From Clostridia bacterium (GTDB lineage Bacteria; Bacillota; DAOUPZ01): 64,000 nt of DNA. The translations under genes and the position numbers were made by a program. The stretch covers positions 27,353 to 91,352 of the forward strand of contig DAOUPZ010000011.1 in assembly GCA_030625885.1 (NCBI GenBank), read 5' to 3'. The number at the start of each line of letters is the position of its first letter. The first letter of the stretch is position 1. Shown here piece after piece: positions 50,271 through 60,483 of this stretch. The notes under the pieces are model-generated. The model searched no databases and was not told the origin of the DNA. It worked only from the letters and a program-made list of their open reading frames with translations.

Positions 50271-50804
50271 ATGTTTTATAATAGCGAAACATTGGAAGGT
50301 CGGGCTGTCTTAAATACGGCGCAAAGGATGTGCGCGGCTGCACGAACAGCCCCTAAGGCGAAAGGGGTTGACCACATTGTAACAGCAACCATAACGGGAG
50401 ATGAAAAAGAAAAATTGGCCATAGAGATGGAACGGGTTGCGGAAACAGAAGGGATTGGGTTTTTTGTCCGTGATGCGGGATGTGTCAGGGAAGCAGCGGC
50501 TGTTGTTTTGATTGGCACAACGATGGGTGTCAGAAACGTACCCTGTTGTGGGCTTTGCGGATTTAAAAATTGTGAGGAAAATATTAAAAATGACGGCGTC
50601 TGTTCCTTTGACCCCGGCGATTTGGGAATCGCAATGGGTTCTGCTGTGAGTATTGCTGCTGATGATCGGGTGGATAATAGAATTATGTTTAGTGCCGGAA
50701 AAGCTATTGTGAACTTAAACCTTTTGGGAGATGAGGTAGGCATAGCCTATGGTATTCCGTTAATGGCAAAAGGAAAAAATATATTCTTTGACAGAAAAAG
50801 ATAA
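50271..50804 (+). CDS. DUF2148-type ferredoxin-domain protein
   Basis: AARTAPKAKGVD, CCGLCGFKNC, DLGIAMGSA, VDNRIMFSAG, KNIFFDR; ATG 50271 after GGAGG. Confidence 0.8.
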   Translation: MFYNSETLEGRAVLNTAQRMCAAARTAPKAKGVDHIVTATITGDEKEKLAIEMERVAETEGIGFFVRDAGCVREAAAVVLIGTTMGVRNVPCCGLCGFKNCEENIKNDGVCSFDPGDLGIAMGSAVSIAADDRVDNRIMFSAGKAIVNLNLLGDEVGIAYGIPLMAKGKNIFFDRKR

Positions 50805-50831
50805 GACTGTCAATTGTCCACTGTCAACTTA

Positions 50832-50855
50832 GAAAAACGGCGTCAGCCGTTTTTC
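50832..50855. terminator. Bidirectional hairpin (family C end motif)
   Basis: gaaaaacggc-gtca-gccgtttttc between convergent genes. Confidence 0.65.
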
Positions 50856-51835
50856 TAAAAAAGTCCTTCGATCAATTGATCAAGTGTCAGATGAGAAAAA
50901 TACTTGCCTATTTCAAATTTTGACAGGGTCTTTCGTATAGATGCTTCAGAATGTGGTACACCGGTTAGGGCATTTTCGATGGTACTGATATCAAGTTGAC
51001 TGAAGAAATCACCAAATATTTTAACATTTTTTATAATACCATTTTCAACATTTAAATAAAACTCAAGGGTACCCGCCGGGTATCTTTTTTCATTTTTAAA
51101 TGTATAGTTTGGGGAACTACCGAAATTCCATTCCCAGGTGTCGTATTTTTCTTTAACCAATTGATTGATCTTTTCAATATCCTCACTTTTAAATTCGAAA
51201 AGATGGTCTGCCATATTCGTTGTCATAACATGGTTCATAATTAATTCTTTAAATTCAATAATAGATAATGGCGATTTAAGATGCTTACTAATATTTGTGA
51301 CCCGTTTTGATATGGATTTAACGCCTTTGCCTTCAAACTTGGCAGGTTTAGCCTTAAGAGCAGCAGATAGATCTGTTATGTCTGATGTAAAAAGGAGCGT
51401 TCCATGATGCAAAATCCGATTCTTATGTTTATATTGCGCATTGCCTGAAAATTTTTTGCCATCAATCGTTAAATCATTTCTACCGGTAAATTGAGCATTA
51501 ATAGCAAGTTTTTGTAATACATCTAATATGGGCTGGGTAAATTTCTCAAAATTATTAAAGCTATTGCCATCTTCATTCATGATAAACGTAAAGTTTAAAT
51601 TTCCTAGATCATGAAATACGGCACCACCGCCTGAAAGTCTTCTAACAACAGGAATATGATGTTCTTTTACATAGTGAACATTGATTTCGGATAAGGTATT
51701 TTGATTTTTACCCACAACGATGCAGGGTTCATCTCGCCAGAGCATAAAACAGTCTTCTTGGAAATTTCTCAGAATATATTCTTCCGCTGCAAGATTAAAA
51801 TACGGGTTAGTATGATTATTCATAATATTAAGCAT
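50855..51835 (-). CDS. lplA: Lipoate--protein ligase (LplA/LplJ)
   Basis: FNLAAEEY, GKNQN, RRLSGGGAVFHDLGN, GRND, KFSGNAQ, HHGTLL; ATG 51835 after AAGGAG. Confidence 0.95.
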   Translation of the reverse strand: MLNIMNNHTNPYFNLAAEEYILRNFQEDCFMLWRDEPCIVVGKNQNTLSEINVHYVKEHHIPVVRRLSGGGAVFHDLGNLNFTFIMNEDGNSFNNFEKFTQPILDVLQKLAINAQFTGRNDLTIDGKKFSGNAQYKHKNRILHHGTLLFTSDITDLSAALKAKPAKFEGKGVKSISKRVTNISKHLKSPLSIIEFKELIMNHVMTTNMADHLFEFKSEDIEKINQLVKEKYDTWEWNFGSSPNYTFKNEKRYPAGTLEFYLNVENGIIKNVKIFGDFFSQLDISTIENALTGVPHSEASIRKTLSKFEIGKYFSHLTLDQLIEGLF

Positions 51836-51928
51836 GATTAACACTCCTTTGATTTTTATATTTGCTCTGAAATACAATAAAGCTCTTTATTATCGCATAA
51901 CAAGTATAGTTCCTATGATATTTTATAC

Positions 51929-52202
51929 TTAGGAATGGTTATGCTTCCAGTCATCTTCTAAGCTAAAGAAATTTGTATCATATAGAAAGATATTGCTCAT
52001 GAAGTAAGGTGGTTATTATTGTGATATATTTGAGACCACCGACGCGATGACAGTGAAACTTTTCAGTGAAAGTTTTTTTCTTCCACTGAATTTAGTTGAA
52101 CAAATCTGAATGCGTAGCCTCCGTTAACTTTCACATATTAATGTGAGAGTTTTACGGAGGGTAGTCATCAGATAAGCTGCCTTGCAGCATAACCATTCCT
52201 AA
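51929..52202. mobile_element. MITE-like element E (17-bp TIR) carrying a nested insertion
   Basis: TTAGGAATGGTTATGCT / AGCATAACCATTCCTAA; internal sequence homologous to 61794-61937. Confidence 0.8.
52046..52170. mobile_element. Nested ~125-bp palindromic insertion
   Basis: GATGAC...GTCATC ends; hairpin CTCCGTTAACTTTCACAT-ATTA-ATGTGAGAGTTTTACGGAG; absent from the 61794 copy. Confidence 0.7.
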
Positions 52203-52239
52203 TGTTAGTTTTTCTACTTTAAAATTTACATATTTATAA

Positions 52240-52364
52240 TGCAATAAAGAATTTACATTGTGGGTTTGCAGGAAAAGCGAAGGCAAGATGGGGACATTCC
52301 ACGAGGTACGAGTGGTGTGTCCCCATGTTGACAGAGTAATTCTAAATACAAAACCTTTATTGCA
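52240..52364. repeat. Repeat family A, copy 2
   Basis: TGCAATAAAG / CTTTATTGCA terminal IR; central ATGGGGACA/TGTCCCCAT stem. Confidence 0.85.
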
Positions 52365-52522
52365 AATCATATATTAACTTATTGTAATATTATTTAGTAT
52401 TTCGTCTTTTAATTATGAATTATGAATTATGAATTATCAATTGTCAACCTTTGTATAATTTGAAACATTAAAAAAAATTATGCTGAATAAGCATTTTTTA
52501 TTAATAAAAGCGAAAAAATGCA

Positions 52523-52551
52523 TTGACAAGACAAAAAAATACAGATACAAT
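52523..52551 (+). promoter_or_regulatory. SigA promoter of the glycine/C1 operon
   Basis: TTGACA-17-TACAAT. Confidence 0.65.
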
Positions 52552-52636
52552 AAATAAAACAAAGTATTAAAACACATTTAAATTTTAAACACGTTTATTT
52601 TTATCATGTAAACAAAATTAAATATCAGTGAATGAT

Positions 52637-52820
52637 AATTATTGAAGACATCCTTACAGGGTGACCGAAGAAGCAAGGAATAAGCTGAGCTAAAAGCTTG
52701 TTCTGAAACTTTCAGGTTTGGAACAATAATTGGACACACCTCTGGAGAGACTCCTTAAGTGGGGCATCGAAGAAGTAACTTACTTTTGTAAGGTAACTTT
52801 CAGATAAAAGGACAGGGGAT
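52637..52820 (+). ncRNA. Tandem glycine riboswitch
   Basis: Aptamer 1 GAAGAC...CCGAAGAAGCAA...GAAACTTTCAGG; linker GGAC; aptamer 2 CTCTGGAGAGACT...CATCGAAGAAGTAA...AACTTTCAGATAAAAGGACAGGGG; upstream of gcv genes. Confidence 0.9.
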
Positions 52821-52867
52821 AAAATAGCATCAAATGGTGTTGTGCTATTTTATCCCCTGTCCTTTTT
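52807..52867 (+). terminator. Riboswitch expression-platform terminator
   Basis: aaaaggacaggggataaaatagca...tgctattttatcccctgtccttttt; the 5' arm overlaps aptamer 2 P1, consistent with an ON switch. Confidence 0.8.
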
Positions 52868-52965
52868 ATTATGAATATTTACAATATCCTTAAAAAGAAG
52901 GTGATATGAAGTAAATTTAAACCTATTTTGTTTTATGAAAAAATTTAGCGGAAAGGTGTGTTGTA

Positions 52966-53814
52966 ATGACAGCGAAGATCATAGATGGAAAAGCAGTAGC
53001 ACAAGATATTCGGGGCAAATTAAAACAGGAAATTGATCATATGATAAATGAACAGGGAATGACCCCGGGATTGGCAGTTGTTTTGGTTGGAAATAATCCG
53101 GCTTCGGAAGCTTATGTCAATATGAAAGCAAAAGCATGTCAAGAACTGGGGATGTATTCGGAAAAACATCACCTTGAAGCAGATACGACGGAGCAAGCAT
53201 TATTGGATTTAATTGAAAAGTTGAACGGCAAAGCAGATATTCATGGGATTTTGGTACAATTGCCTTTGCCAGAGCATATTGATACGACCAAGGTGATATT
53301 AACCATTGATCCAAAGAAAGATGTGGATGGTTTTCATCCGATCAATACGGGTAATTTTCATATCGGGATCGAATCTTTTATTCCCTGTACACCTTATGGG
53401 GTATTGAAATTGATTGAAACGACAGGCCTGGACATTGCCGGTAAAGATGTAACCGTTGTAGGGGCTAGTAACTTAGTAGGAAAACCAGCGGCAATGCTGA
53501 TGCTTCAGGAAGGTGCAACTGTGACGCTTTGCCATAAAATGACGCATGATTTAGCGTTGCATACCCAAAAAGCAGATATTTTAATTTTAGCCGCAGGCTG
53601 CCCGGGCCTTATAACAGCGGGCATGGTAAAAGAAGGTGCTTGTGTTATCGATGTCGGAACAACCAAAGTGGCAGGAAAGTTAAAAGGTGATGTTGATTTT
53701 GAAACGGTAAAGGAAAAGGCAGGATGGATTACGCCTGTTCCAGGCGGGGTAGGCCCCATGACCATTACTATGTTGCTTTACAATACCGTACAGGCAGTGA
53801 AACAAGCTACTTAA
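52966..53814 (+). CDS. folD: Methylene-THF dehydrogenase/cyclohydrolase
   Basis: IIDGK, YVNMK, VQLPLP, KDVDGFHP, PCTP, TPVPGGVGPMT. Confidence 0.97.
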   Translation: MTAKIIDGKAVAQDIRGKLKQEIDHMINEQGMTPGLAVVLVGNNPASEAYVNMKAKACQELGMYSEKHHLEADTTEQALLDLIEKLNGKADIHGILVQLPLPEHIDTTKVILTIDPKKDVDGFHPINTGNFHIGIESFIPCTPYGVLKLIETTGLDIAGKDVTVVGASNLVGKPAAMLMLQEGATVTLCHKMTHDLALHTQKADILILAAGCPGLITAGMVKEGACVIDVGTTKVAGKLKGDVDFETVKEKAGWITPVPGGVGPMTITMLLYNTVQAVKQAT

Positions 53815-54047
53815 CCGTTTCATTTTTTGCTAAAAATTTTATGTATGTATGGGTTGCAAAGTATATAGGAAAAATTAGAAACCAAAGAAATGATTTAACG
53901 ATGTTTTACATATTTTTAATGATAGAATGCTTTAATGGATTTGATTAAAAAACCAATCATATTTTATAAATTATTTGGGAACGATAGGTGATGAGGTTTT
54001 TTTATAAATTTTTTTAAATTATAAAAAATGAAAGGAGGAATTATTTT

Positions 54048-55172
54048 ATGGCAGAGCTTAAGAAAACATCTCTTTATGAGGCACATGAGAGATATGGCGG
54101 TAACATAGTTGATTTTGCCGGTTGGGCCCTTTCTGTAGAATTTGAAGGATTAACAGAAGAACATGAAGCTGTAAGAAAAGCAGCAGGATTATTTGATGTT
54201 TCACATATGGGAGAAGTGGAGGTAAAAGGCAGCCAGGCATTTGACTTTGTGCAAAATTTGATAACCAATGATGCGTCTGTTCTTGAAGACAATCAGGTTC
54301 TTTATACGCTGATGTGCTATCCTCATGGTGGTGTAGTTGATGATTTATTGGTCTATAAGTTTGCAAAAGATGATATATTATTAGTCATTAATGCGAGTAA
54401 TATTGAAAAAGATTACGAATGGATGAAAAAAAATATTGGGGACTATGATGTTAAGCTGACTAATGTTTCCGATAACGTTTCTCAAATTGCATTACAAGGT
54501 CCAGCAGCTCAAAAAATATTACAAAAGCTGGCGGATACGGATCTTTCTGATATAGGGTTTTTCCGTTGTAAGAGAGATGTTAATGTAGGCGGTGCAAAAT
54601 GTTTGGTTTCCAGAACAGGCTATACCGGGGAAGATGGGTTTGAAATCTATTTAGAGAATGGAGATGCGACAGCGGTATGGGATAAGGTGATGGAGGCAGG
54701 AAAGGAACACGGGATTAAACCGGTTGGCCTTGGTGCTAGAGATACATTGCGATTTGAAGCGGCATTGCCCCTTTATGGCAATGAATTATCGGAAGATATC
54801 ACACCTTTGGAAGCAGGACTCGGTTTCTTTGTAAAACTTGACAAACCTAATTTTATTGGGAAAGAAGTGCTGGTTAAACAGAAGCAAGAGGGATTAAAAA
54901 GAAAGATTGTTGGTTTTGAAATGGAAGGTAAAGGGATACCTCGACATGGATATGATGTTTTTGCAGATGGAAAGCAAATTGGTTTTGTTACGACGGGATA
55001 TTATTCACCTTCATTAAAGAAGAATATCGGCTTGGCCATGGTGGATATTGAATATTCTACTCTTGAAACGCCTATTGAGATTAAGGTGCGGAAAAGAAAT
55101 GTCAAAGCCAGGGTGATTAGTAAAAAATTCTATACGAAGAACTATAATAAAAATACAAAAACAAAAAAATAG
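54048..55172 (+). CDS. gcvT: Glycine cleavage aminomethyltransferase T
   Basis: FDVSHMGE, ALQGP, SRTGYTGEDGFE, GLGARDTLRFEA. Confidence 0.97.
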   Translation: MAELKKTSLYEAHERYGGNIVDFAGWALSVEFEGLTEEHEAVRKAAGLFDVSHMGEVEVKGSQAFDFVQNLITNDASVLEDNQVLYTLMCYPHGGVVDDLLVYKFAKDDILLVINASNIEKDYEWMKKNIGDYDVKLTNVSDNVSQIALQGPAAQKILQKLADTDLSDIGFFRCKRDVNVGGAKCLVSRTGYTGEDGFEIYLENGDATAVWDKVMEAGKEHGIKPVGLGARDTLRFEAALPLYGNELSEDITPLEAGLGFFVKLDKPNFIGKEVLVKQKQEGLKRKIVGFEMEGKGIPRHGYDVFADGKQIGFVTTGYYSPSLKKNIGLAMVDIEYSTLETPIEIKVRKRNVKARVISKKFYTKNYNKNTKTKK

Positions 55173-55182
55173 CTTAGGAGGA

Positions 55183-55587
55183 ATGAAAATGAATATCATA
55201 CAAGGGCTTTATTACACGAAGGATCATGACTGGGTTAAAGTAGAAGGAGAAAAGGCATACATTGGTATTACACAATATGCAGAAAACAAATTGGGCAAAA
55301 TTGTTTATGTTGAATTGCCGGAAATCGATGATGAGTTTGCAGCAAGTGAAGACTATGCTGTTATTGAATCTGTTAAGGCAGCAACTGATTGTCATATGCC
55401 TATTACCGGAAAAGTAGTAGAAGTCAATGAAGAGGTTGTTGACGAGCCCGAACTGCTTAATGCAGATCCGTTTAAGAACTGGATGATTGCGATAGAAATT
55501 TCTGATCAATCTGATCTTGAAAGCTTAATGGATTCAAAACAATACGAAGATTTATGCAATGAATTATGTTCAAAATGTAAAGGTTAA
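55183..55587 (+). CDS. gcvH: Glycine cleavage H protein with Cys-rich C-terminal tail
   Basis: [19 protein letters not shown] (lipoyl Lys); tail CNELCSKC; start may be ATG 55189. Confidence 0.95.
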   Translation: MKMNIIQGLYYTKDHDWVKVEGEKAYIGITQYAENKLGKIVYVELPEIDDEFAASEDYAVIESVKAATDCHMPITGKVVEVNEEVVDEPELLNADPFKNWMIAIEISDQSDLESLMDSKQYEDLCNELCSKCKG

Positions 55588-55601
55588 GGAGGCATAATAA
55601 T

Positions 55602-56945
55602 ATGCACAGGTATATACCGACTACCAAGGCCGATGAAGCGCAAATGCTGGGAAGCATGGGCGTAAAATCGATTGATGACCTATTTAAAGATATACCACAG
55701 GGACTTCGTATGAAAAAAGATCTTAATCTGGGTGAACCGTTATCAGAGACAGAACTTTCTAAGCATATGAAGACGCTATGTGATAAAAATAAGAGTACCG
55801 AGGATTTAGTTTGTTTTCTAGGTGCGGGTGCATATGATCACTATATCCCCTCTGTACTCAAGCATATCACAGGAAGATCAGAATTTTATACCGCCTATAC
55901 GCCTTATCAACCGGAAATTAGTCAAGGAACGCTTCAAGTTATTTTCGAGTATCAAACCATGCTGAGTGATTTAACGGGCATGGACGTATCGAATGCGTCT
56001 ATGTATGATGGTGCCACAGCTTGTGTGGAAGCGGCGATCATGGCCACTGAGAGTACAAGAAAAAAATCAATCGTTGTTTCTAAAGCCGTTCATCCGGAAA
56101 CAAGAAAGGTTCTGCAAACTTACTTGAAATTTAGAGATATTGAACTGGTTGAAATTGATATAGAAGACGGCGTTACGGATCTTGAAAAGTTAAAAGCTGC
56201 GGTGGGTAAAGATACGGGTGGTGTCATTATCCAAAACCCGAACTTCTTTGGAAACCTTGAAGATTTAGAAGAAGTAGAGAAGATGACACACGAAACTAAA
56301 GCAAAATTTATCACAATTGCGGATCCAATTTCTTTGGGAATATTAAAAAGTCCGGGAGAATTAGGGGCAGATATCGTGGTAGGAGAAGGTCAATCCCTTG
56401 GAAATCATTTGAACTTCGGCGGACCCTATCTGGGGTTTATGGCTACCACTTCAAAACTCGTACGAAAAATGCCGGGAAGAATTGTCGGTCAATCAGTAGA
56501 TGATGATGGCAAACGTGCATTTGTACTGACACTGCAGGCAAGAGAACAGCATATTCGAAGGTATAAAGCGACGTCTAATATTTGTTCTAATCAGGGATTA
56601 ATTGCCTTAAACGCAGCTGCTTATCTTATAACCATGGGAAAACAAGGGTTAAAAGAAGTGGCAACACAAAGCTTACAGAAAGCGCATTATGCTTTTAATA
56701 AAATTACGGAAAGTGGTAAATATAAACCGCTGTTTAATCAGCCATTCTTTAAAGAATTTGCCGTACAGAGTGATGTTGAAACTAAAACAGTCAATGCGGA
56801 ACTCATGAAACACCATATTCTTGGCGGCTATGAACTGGGTAAAGACTATGAAGCATATAAGAACGGTTTATTGCTTTGTGTCACAGAAAAAAGAACAAAA
56901 GAAGAAATCGACCAGTTAGCCAGTGCGATGGAGGTGGTCAAGTGA
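55602..56945 (+). CDS. gcvPA: Glycine dehydrogenase subunit 1
   Basis: [37 protein letters not shown]. Confidence 0.97.
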   Translation: MHRYIPTTKADEAQMLGSMGVKSIDDLFKDIPQGLRMKKDLNLGEPLSETELSKHMKTLCDKNKSTEDLVCFLGAGAYDHYIPSVLKHITGRSEFYTAYTPYQPEISQGTLQVIFEYQTMLSDLTGMDVSNASMYDGATACVEAAIMATESTRKKSIVVSKAVHPETRKVLQTYLKFRDIELVEIDIEDGVTDLEKLKAAVGKDTGGVIIQNPNFFGNLEDLEEVEKMTHETKAKFITIADPISLGILKSPGELGADIVVGEGQSLGNHLNFGGPYLGFMATTSKLVRKMPGRIVGQSVDDDGKRAFVLTLQAREQHIRRYKATSNICSNQGLIALNAAAYLITMGKQGLKEVATQSLQKAHYAFNKITESGKYKPLFNQPFFKEFAVQSDVETKTVNAELMKHHILGGYELGKDYEAYKNGLLLCVTEKRTKEEIDQLASAMEVVK

Positions 56946-58396
56946 AGACATACGATCAATTAATATTTGAGATTTCTAAAGAAGGACGAAAAGCATACGA
57001 CCTTCCTAAACTTGATGTAGAAGAAGCTAAAATAGATGATATGCTGCCGGGCAAATTTCTAAAAGAAAATGATCTTGAATTGCCGGAAGTGAGTGAATTG
57101 GATGTTATGAGACACTTCACGCTTTTATCCAATAAGAATTTCGGTGTGGATACGGGTTTTTACCCGCTGGGCTCTTGTACCATGAAATACAATCCTAAGA
57201 TCAATGAAGATATGGCATCACTTAGCGGTCTTGCGGCACTTCATCCTTATCAGCCGGAAGAGACGGCACAAGGCTCGCTGCAAATGATGTATGAATTGGA
57301 TCATATGTTAGCGGAAATAGCAGGTATGGAAAGGGCGACCCTTCAACCCGCTGCCGGTGCACATGGGGAATTGACGGGACTATTTATTATCAAGGCGTAT
57401 CATGAAAGCAGGAACGATACGAAGCGGAAAAAGATCATTGTGCCTGATTCCGCTCACGGGACGAATCCCTCTAGTGCAGCGGTTGCCGGATTTGATATTG
57501 TGGAAGTTCAATCAGATGAAAATGGTGCAGTTGATATTGAAAGCCTTAAATCTGTTCTGAATGATGAAATTGCTGGTTTAATGCTGACCAATCCGAGTAC
57601 GCTGGGTCTTTTTGAGGAAAATATAAAAATGATTGCTGATTTGGTTCATGAAGCAGGCGGACTTTTATATTATGACGGCGCGAATATGAATGCCATTATG
57701 GGCATTGCCAGACCGGGAGATATGGGATTTGACGTGATGCATTATAATTTGCACAAGACGTTTGCATCGCCTCACGGCGGCGGCGGACCAGGCAGCGGTC
57801 CGGTTGGCGTAAGAAAAGACCTGGTTCAGTTTCTTCCCGTACCCGTTATTGAGAAAAAAGGCGATCAATATATTTTGGATTATGATCGACCCTCCTCTAT
57901 TGGTAAAATTAAAAGCTTTTATGGTAACTATGGCGTGATGATTCGATCTTATGCGTATATCCTGACGATGGGTGCCGCAGGACTGAAGAAAGCCAGTGAA
58001 ATGGCAGTGCTTAATGCCAATTATATGATGAATCGACTTAAGAAATATTATTATCTTCCGATTGATCAAGTTTGTAAGCATGAATTTGTTTTAGGCGGGC
58101 TTGGAAAAGGTCATTCAGAAGTAAGTACGCTTGATGTAGCTAAAAGATTACTGGACTATGGTTATCATCCCCCAACAATTTATTTCCCATTGATCATTGA
58201 TGAAGCGATGATGGTGGAGCCGACAGAAACTGAGAGTATAGAAGCAATGGATGCTTTTATAGACACCATGATAAAAATATCAGAAGAAGCTGCTAAAGAG
58301 CCGGAAACTTTAAAACATGCACCTTATAATACACCCGTTAGAAGAATTGATGAAGTCAAGGCAGCTAAAGATTTGATTTTAAAATGGACGAAGTAA
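56942..58396 (+). CDS. gcvPB: Glycine dehydrogenase subunit 2
   Basis: [35 protein letters not shown]; GTG 56942 overlaps the gcvPA stop. Confidence 0.97.
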   Translation: MKTYDQLIFEISKEGRKAYDLPKLDVEEAKIDDMLPGKFLKENDLELPEVSELDVMRHFTLLSNKNFGVDTGFYPLGSCTMKYNPKINEDMASLSGLAALHPYQPEETAQGSLQMMYELDHMLAEIAGMERATLQPAAGAHGELTGLFIIKAYHESRNDTKRKKIIVPDSAHGTNPSSAAVAGFDIVEVQSDENGAVDIESLKSVLNDEIAGLMLTNPSTLGLFEENIKMIADLVHEAGGLLYYDGANMNAIMGIARPGDMGFDVMHYNLHKTFASPHGGGGPGSGPVGVRKDLVQFLPVPVIEKKGDQYILDYDRPSSIGKIKSFYGNYGVMIRSYAYILTMGAAGLKKASEMAVLNANYMMNRLKKYYYLPIDQVCKHEFVLGGLGKGHSEVSTLDVAKRLLDYGYHPPTIYFPLIIDEAMMVEPTETESIEAMDAFIDTMIKISEEAAKEPETLKHAPYNTPVRRIDEVKAAKDLILKWTK

Positions 58397-58439
58397 TCAT
58401 GAAATGGGCTGACTAAATAAATTTAAAGGAGAATGATCT

Positions 58440-60110
58440 ATGAAAACAGATGTGCAGATAGCGCAAGAAGCTAAAATGATTCCCATTGTAGATGTAGCTA
58501 AGAAACTTGGTATTAAAGAAGATGATTTAGAGCTCTATGGAAAATATAAAGCGAAAATATCATTAGATGTCTATAAAGAACTAGAAGGTAAAGAAGATGG
58601 GAAGCTCATATTAGTAACGGCGATCAACCCAACGCCAGCAGGAGAAGGAAAGACCACAACCAATGTTGGGCTAAGTATGGGCTTAAACGAGATCGGTAAA
58701 AAGGCCATTACAACATTAAGAGAACCCTCATTAGGACCTTGTTTTGGGGTAAAAGGTGGCGCTGCAGGCGGTGGGTATGCACAGGTTGTCCCTATGGACG
58801 ATATCAACCTCCACTTTACAGGCGATATTCATGCAATTACAACAGCCAATAATCTCCTGGCAGCATTACTTGACAATCATTTGCATCAAGGAAATGCTCT
58901 AAATATTGATCCCAAAAGAATTACTTGGCGAAGAGCCCTTGACATGAACGATCGAGTCTTAAGAGATATTGCGATTGGCTTGGGAGCCAAAGGGAATGGT
59001 GTTTCTAGACCCGATGGTTTTGACATATCCGTGGCATCTGAAATTATGGCTATTATGTGTTTGGCAACCAGCATGACCGATTTGAAAGAAAGACTTTCAA
59101 GAATGATTATCGGTTATACCTACCAGAACACACCCGTAACAGCAGGGGAACTGGATGCAACCGGTGCTTTAGCATTGTTGCTTAAAGATGCCATCAAACC
59201 AAATTTGGTTCAGACATTGGAAAACACGCCAGCCATTATCCACGGCGGTCCATTTGCAAATATTGCTCATGGTTGTAACTCTGTTATGGCGACTAAAACA
59301 GCACTAAAGATAGCAGACTATGTCGTAACGGAAGCCGGTTTCGGTGCCGATCTGGGTGCAGAAAAGTTCTTCAATATCAAGTGTCGGTATGCCGGATTGA
59401 AACCAAGTGCCGTGGTTATTGTTGCAACGGTAAGAGCGCTTAAGAACCATGGTGGTGTTCCAAAGGCGGATTTATCTCAAGAAAATATGCAAGCACTATC
59501 TGATGGATTTGAAAACTTGGAAAAGCAAATTGAAAACGTACAAAAATTTGGTGTACCGGCCGTGGTGGCAATTAATGCCTTCCCAACCGATACCAAAAAA
59601 GAACTTCAATTCTTAGAAGATAAATGTAATGAGCTTGGCGTGAACGTGGTACTATCTGAAGTTTGGGCTAAAGGCGGCAAAGGCGGCAGTAAACTGGCTA
59701 AAAAAGTCGTAGAGATTGTAGAAAAGGGCCAAGCTGACTTTAAGCCCCTTTATGATCTGGATATGTCAATCAAAGACAAAATACAAACCATAGCCAAAGA
59801 AATCTACGGTGCAGATGGTGTGGAATTCAGCGGTAAAGCTCTAAAAGAAATTACTAAATATGAGGAAATTGGGCTAGGCAACCTTCCGGTATGTATGGCT
59901 AAAACACAATATTCCCTATCTGATAATCCGAAACTTTTGGGTAGACCAAAAGGATTTAAAGTTACTGTGAGTGCGGTACGAGCATCAGCAGGTGCTGGAT
60001 TCTTGGTTGCATTGACTGGAGATGTCATGACCATGCCCGGGCTGCCAAAAGTTCCAGCGGCCAATAAGATGGATATTTTGGACAATGGCGAGATTATCGG
60101 TTTATTCTAA
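58440..60110 (+). CDS. fhs: Formate--tetrahydrofolate ligase
   Basis: [52 protein letters not shown]. Confidence 0.98.
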   Translation: MKTDVQIAQEAKMIPIVDVAKKLGIKEDDLELYGKYKAKISLDVYKELEGKEDGKLILVTAINPTPAGEGKTTTNVGLSMGLNEIGKKAITTLREPSLGPCFGVKGGAAGGGYAQVVPMDDINLHFTGDIHAITTANNLLAALLDNHLHQGNALNIDPKRITWRRALDMNDRVLRDIAIGLGAKGNGVSRPDGFDISVASEIMAIMCLATSMTDLKERLSRMIIGYTYQNTPVTAGELDATGALALLLKDAIKPNLVQTLENTPAIIHGGPFANIAHGCNSVMATKTALKIADYVVTEAGFGADLGAEKFFNIKCRYAGLKPSAVVIVATVRALKNHGGVPKADLSQENMQALSDGFENLEKQIENVQKFGVPAVVAINAFPTDTKKELQFLEDKCNELGVNVVLSEVWAKGGKGGSKLAKKVVEIVEKGQADFKPLYDLDMSIKDKIQTIAKEIYGADGVEFSGKALKEITKYEEIGLGNLPVCMAKTQYSLSDNPKLLGRPKGFKVTVSAVRASAGAGFLVALTGDVMTMPGLPKVPAANKMDILDNGEIIGLF

Positions 60111-60173
60111 CAAACGGGCCGAGATACGATTGTATATCTAATAGAATATGACAAAGAGAAAGGGGATGTAAAA

Positions 60174-60470
60174 ATGTTTGCTGCGGAAGGAAATGTAGAA
60201 CAGGCACTCAAAAATTGTATTCAGGATTCTCTTAAAGAACGGGAAGCCAGCGCGTGTGAAACTTGAGACCTTGCCAAAGTATTGGCAGTGGCGTGGGGCG
60301 TCAAAGAAGAGTTAGATCCTAAGAATGCAGCTACAGTAAAGCAATATATAGAAGGCTTAGTGGGTTCAAATATTACCCTGGAAACCGGTCAAGAAGTTGC
60401 GATTCTCAAAGGGGACGTAAAGGAAAGAAAAGATAAAGCCATGCTGATTTTCAGATATCAACTGGTATAG
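60174..60470 (+). CDS. Putative 98-aa selenoprotein with CxxU motif (C-E-T-U, Sec at codon 31), family unassigned
   Basis: RBS AAAGGGG, ATG 60174; MFAAEGNVEQALKNCIQDSLKEREASACET-U-DLAKVLAVAWGVKEE...FRYQLV; TGA 60264-60266 is in frame with ORF 60282-60470, whose TTG has no RBS. Confidence 0.75.
60267..60290 (+). promoter_or_regulatory. Candidate SECIS hairpin
   Basis: TGCCAA-AGTA-TTGGCA stem-loop just 3' of the TGA; G at loop position 2. Confidence 0.5.
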
Positions 60471-60483
60471 TAGCACGATGTAA

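Noticed and set aside
52152-52370. 72-aa minus-strand ORF, and its look-alike at 60366-60584, sharing TWGHTTRTS
   Set aside because: The similarity comes from non-coding repeat A; starts and stops are not conserved between copies
60282-60470. 62-aa TTG-start ORF as a stand-alone gene
   Set aside because: No RBS; better explained as the post-UGA part of 60174-60470
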